This document shows positions 28,255 to 37,123 of a stretch of DNA of 39,274 nucleotides, piece after piece. A program made the translations under genes and the position numbers. The notes beneath the pieces were generated by a model, which saw nothing but the letters and a program-made list of their open reading frames with translations, made no database searches and had not been told where the DNA came from. Numbering within the stretch: the stretch's first letter is position 1; every line of letters starts with the position of its first letter. This stretch comes from SAR86 cluster bacterium. Its GTDB lineage: Bacteria; Pseudomonadota; Gammaproteobacteria; Magnimaribacterales; D2472. Location: positions 1-39,274 of the forward strand of contig QOPE01000002.1 in the NCBI GenBank assembly GCA_003331565.1, given 5' to 3'.

Positions 28255-29352
28255 ATGTTCAGCGAGCCTGTAATCCTATATGGATCAAGTATTTCCTATT
28301 TCACTGGCAAAATGGAAAATTATTTTCAAATTAGATCCATTCCTTATGTTAGGACAGTTGATGCTTATCCAGTCTTTGAGCGAAAAATGAAAAAAATGGT
28401 AGGCATTCATCAAATGCCTGCAGTGGTGTTGCCTGATGGAAGATGGATGACCGATACAACTAAGATGATTCAGTGGTTTGAGTCTAAGTTCAATAACTCG
28501 TCAATTCTTCCAAAGGATCCTGTTCAAAGTTTTATTTGCTTTCTGATTGAGGACTGGGCAGATGAATGGTGGTGGCGTCCTGCAATGCATTACCGATGGC
28601 ATTATAAAGAAGGTGCTGAATTTGCATCTAATCATTTAGCAAAAGAGCTCTTAGGGGCTTTCCCAGCACCTCATTTTATAAAAAAAATGTTTCTTGCTCG
28701 AAGACAGAGAAATGGATATACGGTTGGCGATGGTATTTCTCAAGATAATATAGATGCAATTGAGGCAAACGTAAGAAATTTATTTAGCAACTTAGAAAAA
28801 ATCTTTTCAAAAAGATCATTTATATTTGGTGAAACTCCATCGCTTGCAGACATTGGTCTGTCGGGTCCGTTCTACAGACATTTTGCCCTCGACCCTGTCC
28901 CTTTAAAGATTATAAAAAATGAAGCTCCATCGATATTAAATTGGTTAGATGCTTTGCAAAATACTCGATTAAAAAATTCAAATCATGGATATACAGAAGA
29001 GCTTCCTGCAGACCTTGATCCTCTTTTGGAAGAAATAGGAGGGATATACCTACCATACTTGTCCAAAAACGTAGAAGCAGTTCAATACGGCAAAAAATAC
29101 TTTAAATTTAGGTCAGGTGAATTAAATATACGCAAAGCAAGATTCTCTCAGTACAGAGTTTGGTGTCTAAAGGAGCTGCGGAATAGATTTCATTCGCTAG
29201 CTGAAGAGGATCAATGCAACGTTAAGCAAATGTTAAGAAAGTTTGGTTGCTGGGAACACTTATGGATACACAAAAAGTTACCGCTAGATAGCAAACAAGA
29301 AGAAAAGCTTCCTTTTTGGGCAAATAGAAAAATGGTTGGAGTTAATGAGTAA
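28255..29352 (+). CDS. Glutathione S-transferase-like protein (long form)
   Basis: The N-terminal thioredoxin-like segment (ILYGSSISYFTGKMENYF..MPAVVLPDG) and the GST-C-like block (ETPSLADIGLSGPF) support the call. At 365 aa it is longer than canonical GSTs. Confidence 0.6.
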   Translation: MFSEPVILYGSSISYFTGKMENYFQIRSIPYVRTVDAYPVFERKMKKMVGIHQMPAVVLPDGRWMTDTTKMIQWFESKFNNSSILPKDPVQSFICFLIEDWADEWWWRPAMHYRWHYKEGAEFASNHLAKELLGAFPAPHFIKKMFLARRQRNGYTVGDGISQDNIDAIEANVRNLFSNLEKIFSKRSFIFGETPSLADIGLSGPFYRHFALDPVPLKIIKNEAPSILNWLDALQNTRLKNSNHGYTEELPADLDPLLEEIGGIYLPYLSKNVEAVQYGKKYFKFRSGELNIRKARFSQYRVWCLKELRNRFHSLAEEDQCNVKQMLRKFGCWEHLWIHKKLPLDSKQEEKLPFWANRKMVGVNE

Positions 29353-29441
29353 CTAAACTTTAAGTTTTTAGTGCTCGTTTAAGAGCATCAAAATCACCTT
29401 TATTTCCCATAGTTAAATACTCCTTCTGAAAACCTTGTAAA

Positions 29442-29518
29442 TGGTGGGCCCGGGAGGACTCGAACCTCCGACCAATGGATTATGAGTCCACTGCTCTAAC
29501 CAACTGAGCTACAGGCCC
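29442..29518 (-). tRNA. tRNA with CAT anticodon (elongator Met or lysidine-modified Ile2), CCA encoded
   Basis: The reverse complement GGGCCTGTAGCTCAGTTGGTTAGAGCAGTGGACTCATAATCCATTGGTCGGAGGTTCGAGTCCTCCCGGGCCCACCA folds as a cloverleaf. It has a 7-bp acceptor stem, a GCTC/GAGC D stem, the anticodon loop CTCATAA and a GGAGG/CCTCC T stem. It is not an initiator: pair 1:72 is G:C and there is no GGG/CCC anticodon stem. Confidence 0.95.
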
Positions 29519-29614
29519 AATCTAATAAATTGAAAGGAATGTGATTATATAAGAATTCATTGTTTAGTGAAGCCTTAAACTTTCTATTTCGTTTGAATTC
29601 GTTATTATCTAGCA

Positions 29615-30250
29615 ATGATTGATCTAGGCAGTGCCACTCCGTTTGCTAAGGGAGGCAACAGAAAATGCTTTATTCACCCTCAAGATTCATCAAAGTGCAT
29701 CAAGGTGATTGATCAGGAATCTTATAGCAACCGTCTTAAAAATCTTTCATGGCATAAAAAAATCAGAAGCAAGATGTCCTTTAATGATAATTATGAGGAA
29801 GCAAAAGGCTATCAGCAAAAATCATTAAAAAACATTGATCAATCTTCATGGAAACATATAGCAAAATATTTTGGATTTATTGAAACCAATATGGGAGAAG
29901 GTTTGGTTACTGAGCTAATTAAAAATGAAGGTGAGATTGCTGGAACTCTTGAAGATTATTTGTTTAAGTTTGGACTGACTGAGGAAATTAAAGAATCGAT
30001 TCGTGTCTTTGAAAAATGGCTATTAGATAATTTAATACTAACAAAAAATATTATTCCTCATAATTTGGTGATCAAAAAAGATAGCAATGAGTTGGTCATT
30101 AAAATCATAGATGGAATTGGATCAAAAGCATTTATCCCTTTGCCAGAGTACTTTAATTTTTTTGCAAAGCGTTATGTTAAAAGAAGAATTGAGTTGATGT
30201 GGTCAAGAATAAATTGGGATTTGAGTGGCCGCAAAGGCAACTGGAAATAA
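29615..30250 (+). CDS. YrbL-family (PhoP-network) protein-kinase-like fold protein
   Basis: MIDLGSATPFAKGGNRKCFIHPQDSSKCIKV is collinear with my memory of E. coli YrbL (..SPLGTGRHRKCYAHPEDAQRCIKI..). The later block HNLVIKK...IDGIG is kinase-like. Confidence 0.7.
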   Translation: MIDLGSATPFAKGGNRKCFIHPQDSSKCIKVIDQESYSNRLKNLSWHKKIRSKMSFNDNYEEAKGYQQKSLKNIDQSSWKHIAKYFGFIETNMGEGLVTELIKNEGEIAGTLEDYLFKFGLTEEIKESIRVFEKWLLDNLILTKNIIPHNLVIKKDSNELVIKIIDGIGSKAFIPLPEYFNFFAKRYVKRRIELMWSRINWDLSGRKGNWK

Positions 30251-30257
30251 GCTTTTT

Positions 30258-30854
30258 TTAAGGCTCAAGAATTGATGACTCCCAACCATCTTCAACTTTA
30301 GAGAAAGCATTCCTGTGATTGAGTCTAAAATCACTGCCCCTCCAAAACTCAAAGTAGTAAGGAGTAAATGAAAACCCACCCCAATAATCAGGTCGCTTGC
30401 CAAGATCGGCATTTTCAAGGGTTTCTGTGAACTTAGACTTTACAGTTTCGAAGCTTGAAATTCGTTGGGATTGATTTGAAGCAATCGCAAGTGCATTTTT
30501 TTCTTTTTGTCTTGATTGAAAGTGCTCATCAGATCTATCTTTATTAGTTTCTTTGATGTTAGCTTTCATTCTTATTTGAACATTAGTGGTCGACCAATAG
30601 AACATTGCAGAAATTTGATCATGACTTTGAAATGACTTTGCTTTCGGGCTGTTGTAGTTTGAGAAGAAAATCCATTCTTCTCCCTCTACATATTTTAAAT
30701 TAACAAAACGACTCTCAACTTCATTCAGCGTCTTATTAAACGAACTAATTGCTACAGCATGAATTAGGGGCTGATTTGCTTTCTCAGCATCAAGATAATC
30801 TTTTTGAAACTGTTGATAGGGTTCAACTTCGGGTAGATCCTTAAAAACAATCAT
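30258..30854 (-). CDS. pdxH: Pyridoxamine 5'-phosphate oxidase
   Basis: 198 aa. The C-terminal EFWRGSDFRLNHRNAF...LEP matches the PdxH signature (FWQG..RLHDR...LAP). Confidence 0.85.
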   Translation of the reverse strand: MIVFKDLPEVEPYQQFQKDYLDAEKANQPLIHAVAISSFNKTLNEVESRFVNLKYVEGEEWIFFSNYNSPKAKSFQSHDQISAMFYWSTTNVQIRMKANIKETNKDRSDEHFQSRQKEKNALAIASNQSQRISSFETVKSKFTETLENADLGKRPDYWGGFSFTPYYFEFWRGSDFRLNHRNAFSKVEDGWESSILEP

Positions 30855-30860
30855 TAAGAA

Positions 30861-32666
30861 TTATTCATCAAGAAAGCTTTTAAGATGACTTGAGCGTGAA
30901 GGATGTCTCAGCTTTCTTAAAGCTTTAGCTTCTATTTGTCTTATTCTTTCTCGAGTGACATCAAACTGCTTACCAACTTCTTCAAGTGTATGGTCAGTAT
31001 TCATACCGATACCAAACCTCATCCTTAAGACCTTAGCCTCCCTAGCAGTGAGTGATGATAAAACATCATCGGTAGCTAAGTTTAAGCTGTCTTCAGTGGC
31101 ATTCTGTATGGGAGATGAGATAACTGTATCCTCAATAAAATCTCCAAGATTTGAATCTTCATCATCACCAATCGGAGTCTCCATAGAAATAGGCTCTTTC
31201 GCAATTTTAAGAACTTTTCGGACTTTATCCTCTGGCATATCCAACTCTTGACTTAGCTCTTCAGGTGTTGGTTCGCGACCCATGTCTTGCATCATTTGTC
31301 TTGAGACTCTATTGAGCTTATTAATTGTCTCGATCATATGCACAGGTATTCTGATAGTTCTTGCTTGGTCTGCTATTGATCTAGTGATTGCTTGCCTTAT
31401 CCACCATGTAGCATAAGTTGAAAACTTATACCCTCTTCTGTACTCAAATTTATCCACGGCCTTCATTAAACCAATGTTGCCTTCTTGAATAAGGTCTAAA
31501 AATTGTAGGCCACGGTTTGTGTATTTCTTTGCAATCGAGATCACCAACCTCAAGTTTGCTTCAACCATGTCCTTCTTAGCTCTTCGCATTTTTGTTTCGC
31601 CCATGGACATAGCTCGGTTAATCTCTTTAATATCTTTAACGGTCATGCCAACTCTTTCTTCAATAGATTTGATGCCCTTTTGGCAGATGACCACATCGGC
31701 TTTAACTTCCTCAAGTGCTTTTTTTGAATATTTCTTACTCTTCATTAGAGTGTCAATCCACTTAACTTTAGTGGCGTTATCTGGGTATTGGGCAATAAAG
31801 TCTTTTCTTGGCATCTTTGCTGATCTTACAAGTAAAGACTGAATCTTTCTTTCGTTTAACCTAATTTCTATAAGATCTCTGCGAGCTAAGAATGCAAGAT
31901 CCTCAAACATTTTTGGGGAGAATTTTAAGAACTTAAAGATGTCTCCAAGCTTTAAGAATTCATTCTTTGTTTCTTTGGCATGCCTACCTTTTTTATCAAG
32001 GACCTTTTGAGTTTTATTGAACTGCTTTTTAAGATTAGTCATCCTTTTTTGGACTTCTTTTAGATCTGGACCGGTATCTTCTTCTTCATCACTTTCTTCA
32101 AGTTGTTGTGCTTTGGCGCTTCCAGGACCAGCTGATGGAACTTCTTCCATCTCTTCAAGAAAACCTGTCATTAATTCATTAAGTTTTCTCTCACCATCTT
32201 TATATTTTTGGTAAAAGTCTAGGACGTACTCAACAACATTGGGGTAGTTAACGCTGGAGTGAAGAAGATCGCGCATGCCCTCTTCGATTCTTTTAGCAAT
32301 TTCAATCTCACCTTCTCGAGTAAGCAAGTCAACAGTTCCCATCTCACGCATATACATCCGAACGGGATCGGTTGTTCTTCCCTTCTCATTTTCAACCGCG
32401 GCAAGAGCCTCGGCAGCTTGCTCTAAAGCAATATCGTCATCGTCATCAGAAGATTCAGAAAGCATTAAGGTGTCAGCATCGGGAGCGGTTTCATGAACTT
32501 GAAGACCAAGGTCATTAATCATGCCTATGATTTCATCAACTTGATCTGGATCAGAGATATCTTCTGGCAGATGATCGTTTACATCTGCATAAGTTAAATA
32601 CCCCTGCTCTCTACCTTTGTCAATCAAATCAGCAATTCGGGAGCCCTGCTTTTGAATTTTGTCCAC
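30861..32666 (-). CDS. rpoD: RNA polymerase sigma-70
   Basis: GTG start with a GAGG RBS 6 nt upstream. [18 protein letters not shown], the acidic spacer region, and regions 2-4 ([43 protein letters not shown]-type). Confidence 0.97.
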   Translation of the reverse strand: MDKIQKQGSRIADLIDKGREQGYLTYADVNDHLPEDISDPDQVDEIIGMINDLGLQVHETAPDADTLMLSESSDDDDDIALEQAAEALAAVENEKGRTTDPVRMYMREMGTVDLLTREGEIEIAKRIEEGMRDLLHSSVNYPNVVEYVLDFYQKYKDGERKLNELMTGFLEEMEEVPSAGPGSAKAQQLEESDEEEDTGPDLKEVQKRMTNLKKQFNKTQKVLDKKGRHAKETKNEFLKLGDIFKFLKFSPKMFEDLAFLARRDLIEIRLNERKIQSLLVRSAKMPRKDFIAQYPDNATKVKWIDTLMKSKKYSKKALEEVKADVVICQKGIKSIEERVGMTVKDIKEINRAMSMGETKMRRAKKDMVEANLRLVISIAKKYTNRGLQFLDLIQEGNIGLMKAVDKFEYRRGYKFSTYATWWIRQAITRSIADQARTIRIPVHMIETINKLNRVSRQMMQDMGREPTPEELSQELDMPEDKVRKVLKIAKEPISMETPIGDDEDSNLGDFIEDTVISSPIQNATEDSLNLATDDVLSSLTAREAKVLRMRFGIGMNTDHTLEEVGKQFDVTRERIRQIEAKALRKLRHPSRSSHLKSFLDE

Positions 32667-32714
32667 TTAAAACCTCTAAAAACTTTTATTTATATTGATG
32701 TTAGTCAGTAATTT

Positions 32715-34460
32715 TCAAGCTTTTTTTGAGCTTAATTTACTTAACCATTCTTGATCTTCTGTGCCTAATTCTGGCTTTTTTAGAATTAGCTGCTGTAATT
32801 CTCTTCTTTCGTATGCTGAGATCGACTCCGTATTATACTTCTCTTTTAGCATTTCCTCTCTATCTTTTTCATTTTTTAGCAAAACAGCTATGCAATCCTC
32901 TACAAGTTTGGTGGCATTTTTTTCAGAAATTTCCATCTCTTCAATGGTAGCTTGGCTGAAAAACCCCTTAATTTGCTCGTTTTCTATGGACTCTATAATA
33001 TTAGCTGGCCTAGCTCGAGGATTTCCATGATATGCATCCAAGATTGTTTTTAAAAACTGAAAACGTTCAATTCCTGCGATTTCATTAAAAGCTGGATTCG
33101 ATGCAAGTTTAGGGAATGCGATCAGTGCTTTGAAAATATTGATCATCGCTTTGACTCTTACGTTTGAGTTAGTGCTTTCAGGCTGAGGCACTTGACTGGT
33201 TTGATTACTGGTCTTAATTTCAGATAGTTGATCGGGATTCATTCCACATAATTGAGCAAGCTCATAGGAATAAATATTCCGAATAACTGAGTTATTGATA
33301 GTTTTAATTATTGGCATTGCATGGTTTGCAGCTTTTGACCTACCCTCAATTTGCTCGAGATTAAATTCTTTAACCTTTGAAAAAAAGAATGTCGAAAGAG
33401 GAATAGAATTTTCTAATAAGCTATTAAATGCACCCATGCCTTTTTGGCTTATATAAGAATCTGGATCTTCGCCCTCATCAAAAAAAATAAATTTGGCATT
33501 AATATCCTCACGCATCAAAGGAAAAAGGTTTTCCAGCGCTCGCCAAGCAGCTATTTTTCCAGCAGCATCCCCATCAAAAGCAAAATAAATATCTTTTGTG
33601 TACCTCAGTAACTTTGATAAATGTCTTGAAGTGACAGCGGTACCAAGAGTCGCTACAGCATTTTGTATACCATGCTGATATAACCCAATTACATCCATGT
33701 ATCCCTCAACAACAATTAGGGTGTCTGTATTCTTTGAATCCTTTGCCTCAAATAAACCAAATAATTCGTTTGATTTATTAAATAACCTGGTTTCAGGTGA
33801 ATTTAGATACTTCGGCTCGCCTGCTTCAATGATCCTGCCCCCTAAACCTATGAATTGTCCTTTTATATTACGTATGGGGAAAATAATCCTGTCCCTGAAT
33901 CGATCATAAAAACCTTTTTCTTTTTCAATGAACAGTCCTGATTCCTCAATTTCCTGATGATTGTATTTTTCATGTGCTTGTTTAAATAATGTGTCCCAGG
34001 AGTTGGGTGCATATCCTAGATTAAATTTTTTTGCGACCGCTCCAGTAATTCCTCTTGCTTTTAGATAATCTTTGGCATGAGAAGCTTCATCAGATTTAAG
34101 ATTGTTTGCATAAAAGCTTACTGCTGAATCAAGCAGATCACTCGAAAAATTTTCTTGAGGTGTTCTTTCATATGGCACTTCCAAGCCCAAGGAGCTGGCA
34201 AGCGTTTCAACAGCATCGACAAAATCTAATCCCTCGTACTCTCTTAGAAAATGAATAGCATTCCCAGATTCTTGACAAACAAAACAATAAAAAAATTGCT
34301 TATCTTCATTTACCGCCATTGAGGGGTTATTGTCATCATGGAAAGGACAAAGACTCCAGTAATTATTACCTTTTTTAGTGAGCGGTAAGCGCCTACCAAT
34401 TACATCCACAATATTGGTTTGTTCTAAAACTTGATCAATGAAAACTTTAGGAATGCTCAT
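32715..34460 (-). CDS. dnaG: DNA primase
   Basis: Zinc ribbon CPFHDDNNPSM..YCFVC, the TOPRIM block (VVEGYMDV) and 581 aa in length. Confidence 0.95.
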   Translation of the reverse strand: MSIPKVFIDQVLEQTNIVDVIGRRLPLTKKGNNYWSLCPFHDDNNPSMAVNEDKQFFYCFVCQESGNAIHFLREYEGLDFVDAVETLASSLGLEVPYERTPQENFSSDLLDSAVSFYANNLKSDEASHAKDYLKARGITGAVAKKFNLGYAPNSWDTLFKQAHEKYNHQEIEESGLFIEKEKGFYDRFRDRIIFPIRNIKGQFIGLGGRIIEAGEPKYLNSPETRLFNKSNELFGLFEAKDSKNTDTLIVVEGYMDVIGLYQHGIQNAVATLGTAVTSRHLSKLLRYTKDIYFAFDGDAAGKIAAWRALENLFPLMREDINAKFIFFDEGEDPDSYISQKGMGAFNSLLENSIPLSTFFFSKVKEFNLEQIEGRSKAANHAMPIIKTINNSVIRNIYSYELAQLCGMNPDQLSEIKTSNQTSQVPQPESTNSNVRVKAMINIFKALIAFPKLASNPAFNEIAGIERFQFLKTILDAYHGNPRARPANIIESIENEQIKGFFSQATIEEMEISEKNATKLVEDCIAVLLKNEKDREEMLKEKYNTESISAYERRELQQLILKKPELGTEDQEWLSKLSSKKA

Positions 34461-34836
34461 TATTATTCATCCAAGAGTCTAATATAAGTTTTGCTGCCAT
34501 GGCATCAAGATTATCATCCTTTGCAAATTCTTTTGCCTCAAAAGAGCTTAATCGTTCATCAACTAATTCAACGGCTAAATTAAATTTTTTTGAAAACTGA
34601 GTAGAAAATTTTTCTGCCAATTTACTCATCTCACTTTCTGTTTGATCCATATTCAATGGGTTACCAATAATAATGAACTCTGGCTTCCATTCAACAACAT
34701 GTTTTTCCAGTAAATTGAAAAGCTCCTGTTTAGATTTATAAAAAATAGTGCTTATGGGCATGGATGTTTTTGTAAGCGTATTTCCAATGGCCAAGCCCAC
34801 TTTCTTTAATCCAAAATCTATTGCAAGTATCTGCAT
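34447..34836 (-). CDS. ruvX: YqgF/RuvX putative pre-16S rRNA nuclease (Holliday-junction-resolvase-like)
   Basis: 129 aa with MQILAIDFGLKKVGLAIGN (E. coli ..LAFDFGTKSIGVAVGQ) and DERLSS.A near the C-terminus. Confidence 0.85.
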   Translation of the reverse strand: MQILAIDFGLKKVGLAIGNTLTKTSMPISTIFYKSKQELFNLLEKHVVEWKPEFIIIGNPLNMDQTESEMSKLAEKFSTQFSKKFNLAVELVDERLSSFEAKEFAKDDNLDAMAAKLILDSWMNNNEHS

Positions 34837-35447
34837 TATTTATAGAAATTCCAATCCCTAACTATTTCTATAAATTCATACATGGAAAGCATTTGATCAT
34901 CAAAAGGTAAGAAAGGAGAAGCCTCTTTTAATATATTCATTGCAAGATTATCAATCTCATCACTTCCTGAGCTTTGTAAAATTTGAGCATCAACAAGCTC
35001 TCCTTCAGCATTAATTATTGCCTTAATCCTCGTCATGCTGTCCTGTTCAAAGGAAATTCTATTGGTCTCATAAAATCCTATGGTTTCAACTTTTCTTTGC
35101 CAAGAATTTAAATACCTAGACTCGCTATCATTTTGCAGTGAATTAGCTTCAAGTCTTCTAATGGACATAGCCTGAAAAGATTGATTAGAAAAATTATTAG
35201 CGACACTTCGCTCCTCATCATTAATTGTTTCTTGGGTGTTATTTAGGCTGCTTAAATTACCCAATGAATCAAAGTTTGCATTAGCGAACTTAATATTCAC
35301 AACCCTCTGCGGATCAAAGCGTTCTTGAATTTGGAACAATGTAAATCCTAACCCAAAAATCAAGATGGCATGAATCATCAAAGAAGTAATAAATGCTTTG
35401 GAAAAATCCCAACGTCTAAATGATTCTCTTTTAAGCATTCTTGTCAT
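34836..35447 (-). CDS. TonB C-terminal-domain protein without a Pro-rich linker (TonB3-like position next to gshB)
   Basis: N-terminal TM anchor (AFITSLMIHAILIFGLGF). The C-terminal block YLNSWQRKVE...INAEGELVDAQILQSSGSDEIDNLAMNILKEASPFLPF fits the TonB_C pattern. The linker contains almost no proline. Confidence 0.6.
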   Translation of the reverse strand: MTRMLKRESFRRWDFSKAFITSLMIHAILIFGLGFTLFQIQERFDPQRVVNIKFANANFDSLGNLSSLNNTQETINDEERSVANNFSNQSFQAMSIRRLEANSLQNDSESRYLNSWQRKVETIGFYETNRISFEQDSMTRIKAIINAEGELVDAQILQSSGSDEIDNLAMNILKEASPFLPFDDQMLSMYEFIEIVRDWNFYK

Positions 35448-36367
35448 AAAAGTTTATAAAATAACAATTCAATTGGATTAACTCCTGATTGATCAAAAAT
35501 CTCTTTGGCACCTGTAGGACTTGTAACATTGATCTCAGTTAAATGATTGCCGATCATATCGATTCCTGCAAAAGCAATATTATTTTTAATCAAAATTTTA
35601 CCTATCTCTTTTGCAACATTTTTTTGTTGAGCAGAGATTTCTTTTGCAATGCCTTTGCCACCAGCTGCTAAGTTACCTTTAAAGCTTCCTTCTTGAGGAA
35701 TGCGAGCCAGAGCAATTGGGCAGACTTCACCATGAATGATAAGAATTCTAAAATCTCCATCATATATTTCAGGAAGAAAACTCTGCAGCATAACGTGAGT
35801 ATTATTTTTAGACAGTGATTGGAAGATCTCTATTTCTTCATCTGTAACCTGATCAAATTTATAAATTGATTCGCCACCCATGCCGTTGAGAGGTTTCAAT
35901 ATGAAGGGCTGATGGTTTTTACCAAATTCTATAAAATCCTCATCATTACAAGTAACTAGCGTGTTTGGCATGAAATCTGAAAATTTAAGAGCAAACATTT
36001 TTTCATTAAAAGTCATGAGGCTTGCTGGATTGTTAATAACCTTACATCCATCGCTTGCAGCCTGATTGAGAATAAACAAAGCATTCATATATTGCTCATT
36101 AACGGGAGGATCTTTTCTCATAAAAACATAGTCAAACTCTAACAAAGCAGATGACTCTGATAATCCAACATCCTCTAGGCTATTGATCGGATCCATAGCC
36201 TCCTTAAAGCAAACTTTTACTGATCCCTCAGAATAATAAAGATCTTTAGGCTCACAAAAGAAAACTTTATGATTTTCTTTTTTAACGTGTTGCATCATGA
36301 AAACAGTAGTATCTTTATATGCAATTAAAGAGCTCAATGGATCAATAATGAATAAAATCCTTTTCAT
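35444..36367 (-). CDS. gshB: Glutathione synthetase (ATP-grasp)
   Basis: Collinear with E. coli GshB: FMRKDPP, ILKPLNGMGGESIY, LARIPQEGSFKGNLAAGG and LTEINVTSPTG. Confidence 0.92.
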   Translation of the reverse strand: MKRILFIIDPLSSLIAYKDTTVFMMQHVKKENHKVFFCEPKDLYYSEGSVKVCFKEAMDPINSLEDVGLSESSALLEFDYVFMRKDPPVNEQYMNALFILNQAASDGCKVINNPASLMTFNEKMFALKFSDFMPNTLVTCNDEDFIEFGKNHQPFILKPLNGMGGESIYKFDQVTDEEIEIFQSLSKNNTHVMLQSFLPEIYDGDFRILIIHGEVCPIALARIPQEGSFKGNLAAGGKGIAKEISAQQKNVAKEIGKILIKNNIAFAGIDMIGNHLTEINVTSPTGAKEIFDQSGVNPIELLFYKLL

Positions 36368-36370
36368 TTT

Positions 36371-37114
36371 TTATATATCTTTATAAATGAGTTTTAACAT
36401 TGGCAGAATTGTAACAGGTGCTGTTTCTGCTCTTAGGATGTTAGTTCTTAAATAATAAACATCATCTTTTTTAAATAGCTTTCTTTCAGCATCGCTGTAA
36501 CCTGATTCACATCCTGTCACTATTGAGACATTGCTTTCGTTTTGCAAGGGGTTATAAGCGGTCAGGGAAGTAGCCTTAGGAAGGGTATCTAGCATAACGA
36601 TTCTTCCACCCTTAGCATCAAGAGCCTCTTTGAGATTATTAAAAAATTTAAGTTCAGGGATAAAGTTATTTCCAGATTGTGAGCAAGCAAGGATAAGCGT
36701 TTCGGTTACCTTTTCAGTTAATTTATTAAAGTCTTTTTTTGCCATCGATTGATCGACCTTATCAGGTAAATACAGTGAAATCTTATCAACGCCAAGCTCA
36801 GCTAACTTTGTGGCAACAGAAATCAAGCTTTCGCGTTTAAGAATAGGAAGAAAGAAATTAAAAGTAATAATTTTCTTCTTTTTTGAGGTATGAGAATCTA
36901 AAAGGTCTAACTTGATCTTATTTTTTTCTATTTCTTTTATTTCACATTCAAACGTTTTTCCATTGCCATCAAACAAAACAACACTTTGACCCTGACGAGC
37001 CCTTAATACCTTGATTAAATGATGGATGATTTTCTGATCATGAATTTCTAAAAACTCAGATGATATATCTGGACAATAAAATCTAGGGATTCTCATTATG
37101 GCATTATAATTCAT
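36371..37114 (-). CDS. rsmE: 16S rRNA (uracil1498-N3)-methyltransferase
   Basis: MRIPRFY, HHLIKVLRAR and the C-terminal SPOUT knot region (LRAETA). The true start may be the ATG at 37096 (MRIPRFY...) rather than 37114. Confidence 0.85.
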   Translation of the reverse strand: MNYNAIMRIPRFYCPDISSEFLEIHDQKIIHHLIKVLRARQGQSVVLFDGNGKTFECEIKEIEKNKIKLDLLDSHTSKKKKIITFNFFLPILKRESLISVATKLAELGVDKISLYLPDKVDQSMAKKDFNKLTEKVTETLILACSQSGNNFIPELKFFNNLKEALDAKGGRIVMLDTLPKATSLTAYNPLQNESNVSIVTGCESGYSDAERKLFKKDDVYYLRTNILRAETAPVTILPMLKLIYKDI

Positions 37115-37123
37115 AGAAAATTT

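Noticed and set aside
27332-30250. A tRNA-targeted genomic island around tRNA(CAT)
   Set aside because: No integrase or recombinase gene is present. I could find no direct repeat of the tRNA 3' end in the flanks, and the neighbours are ordinary detoxification or housekeeping genes. The two GAATTC sites at 29553-58 and 29595-600 are trivial 6-mers.
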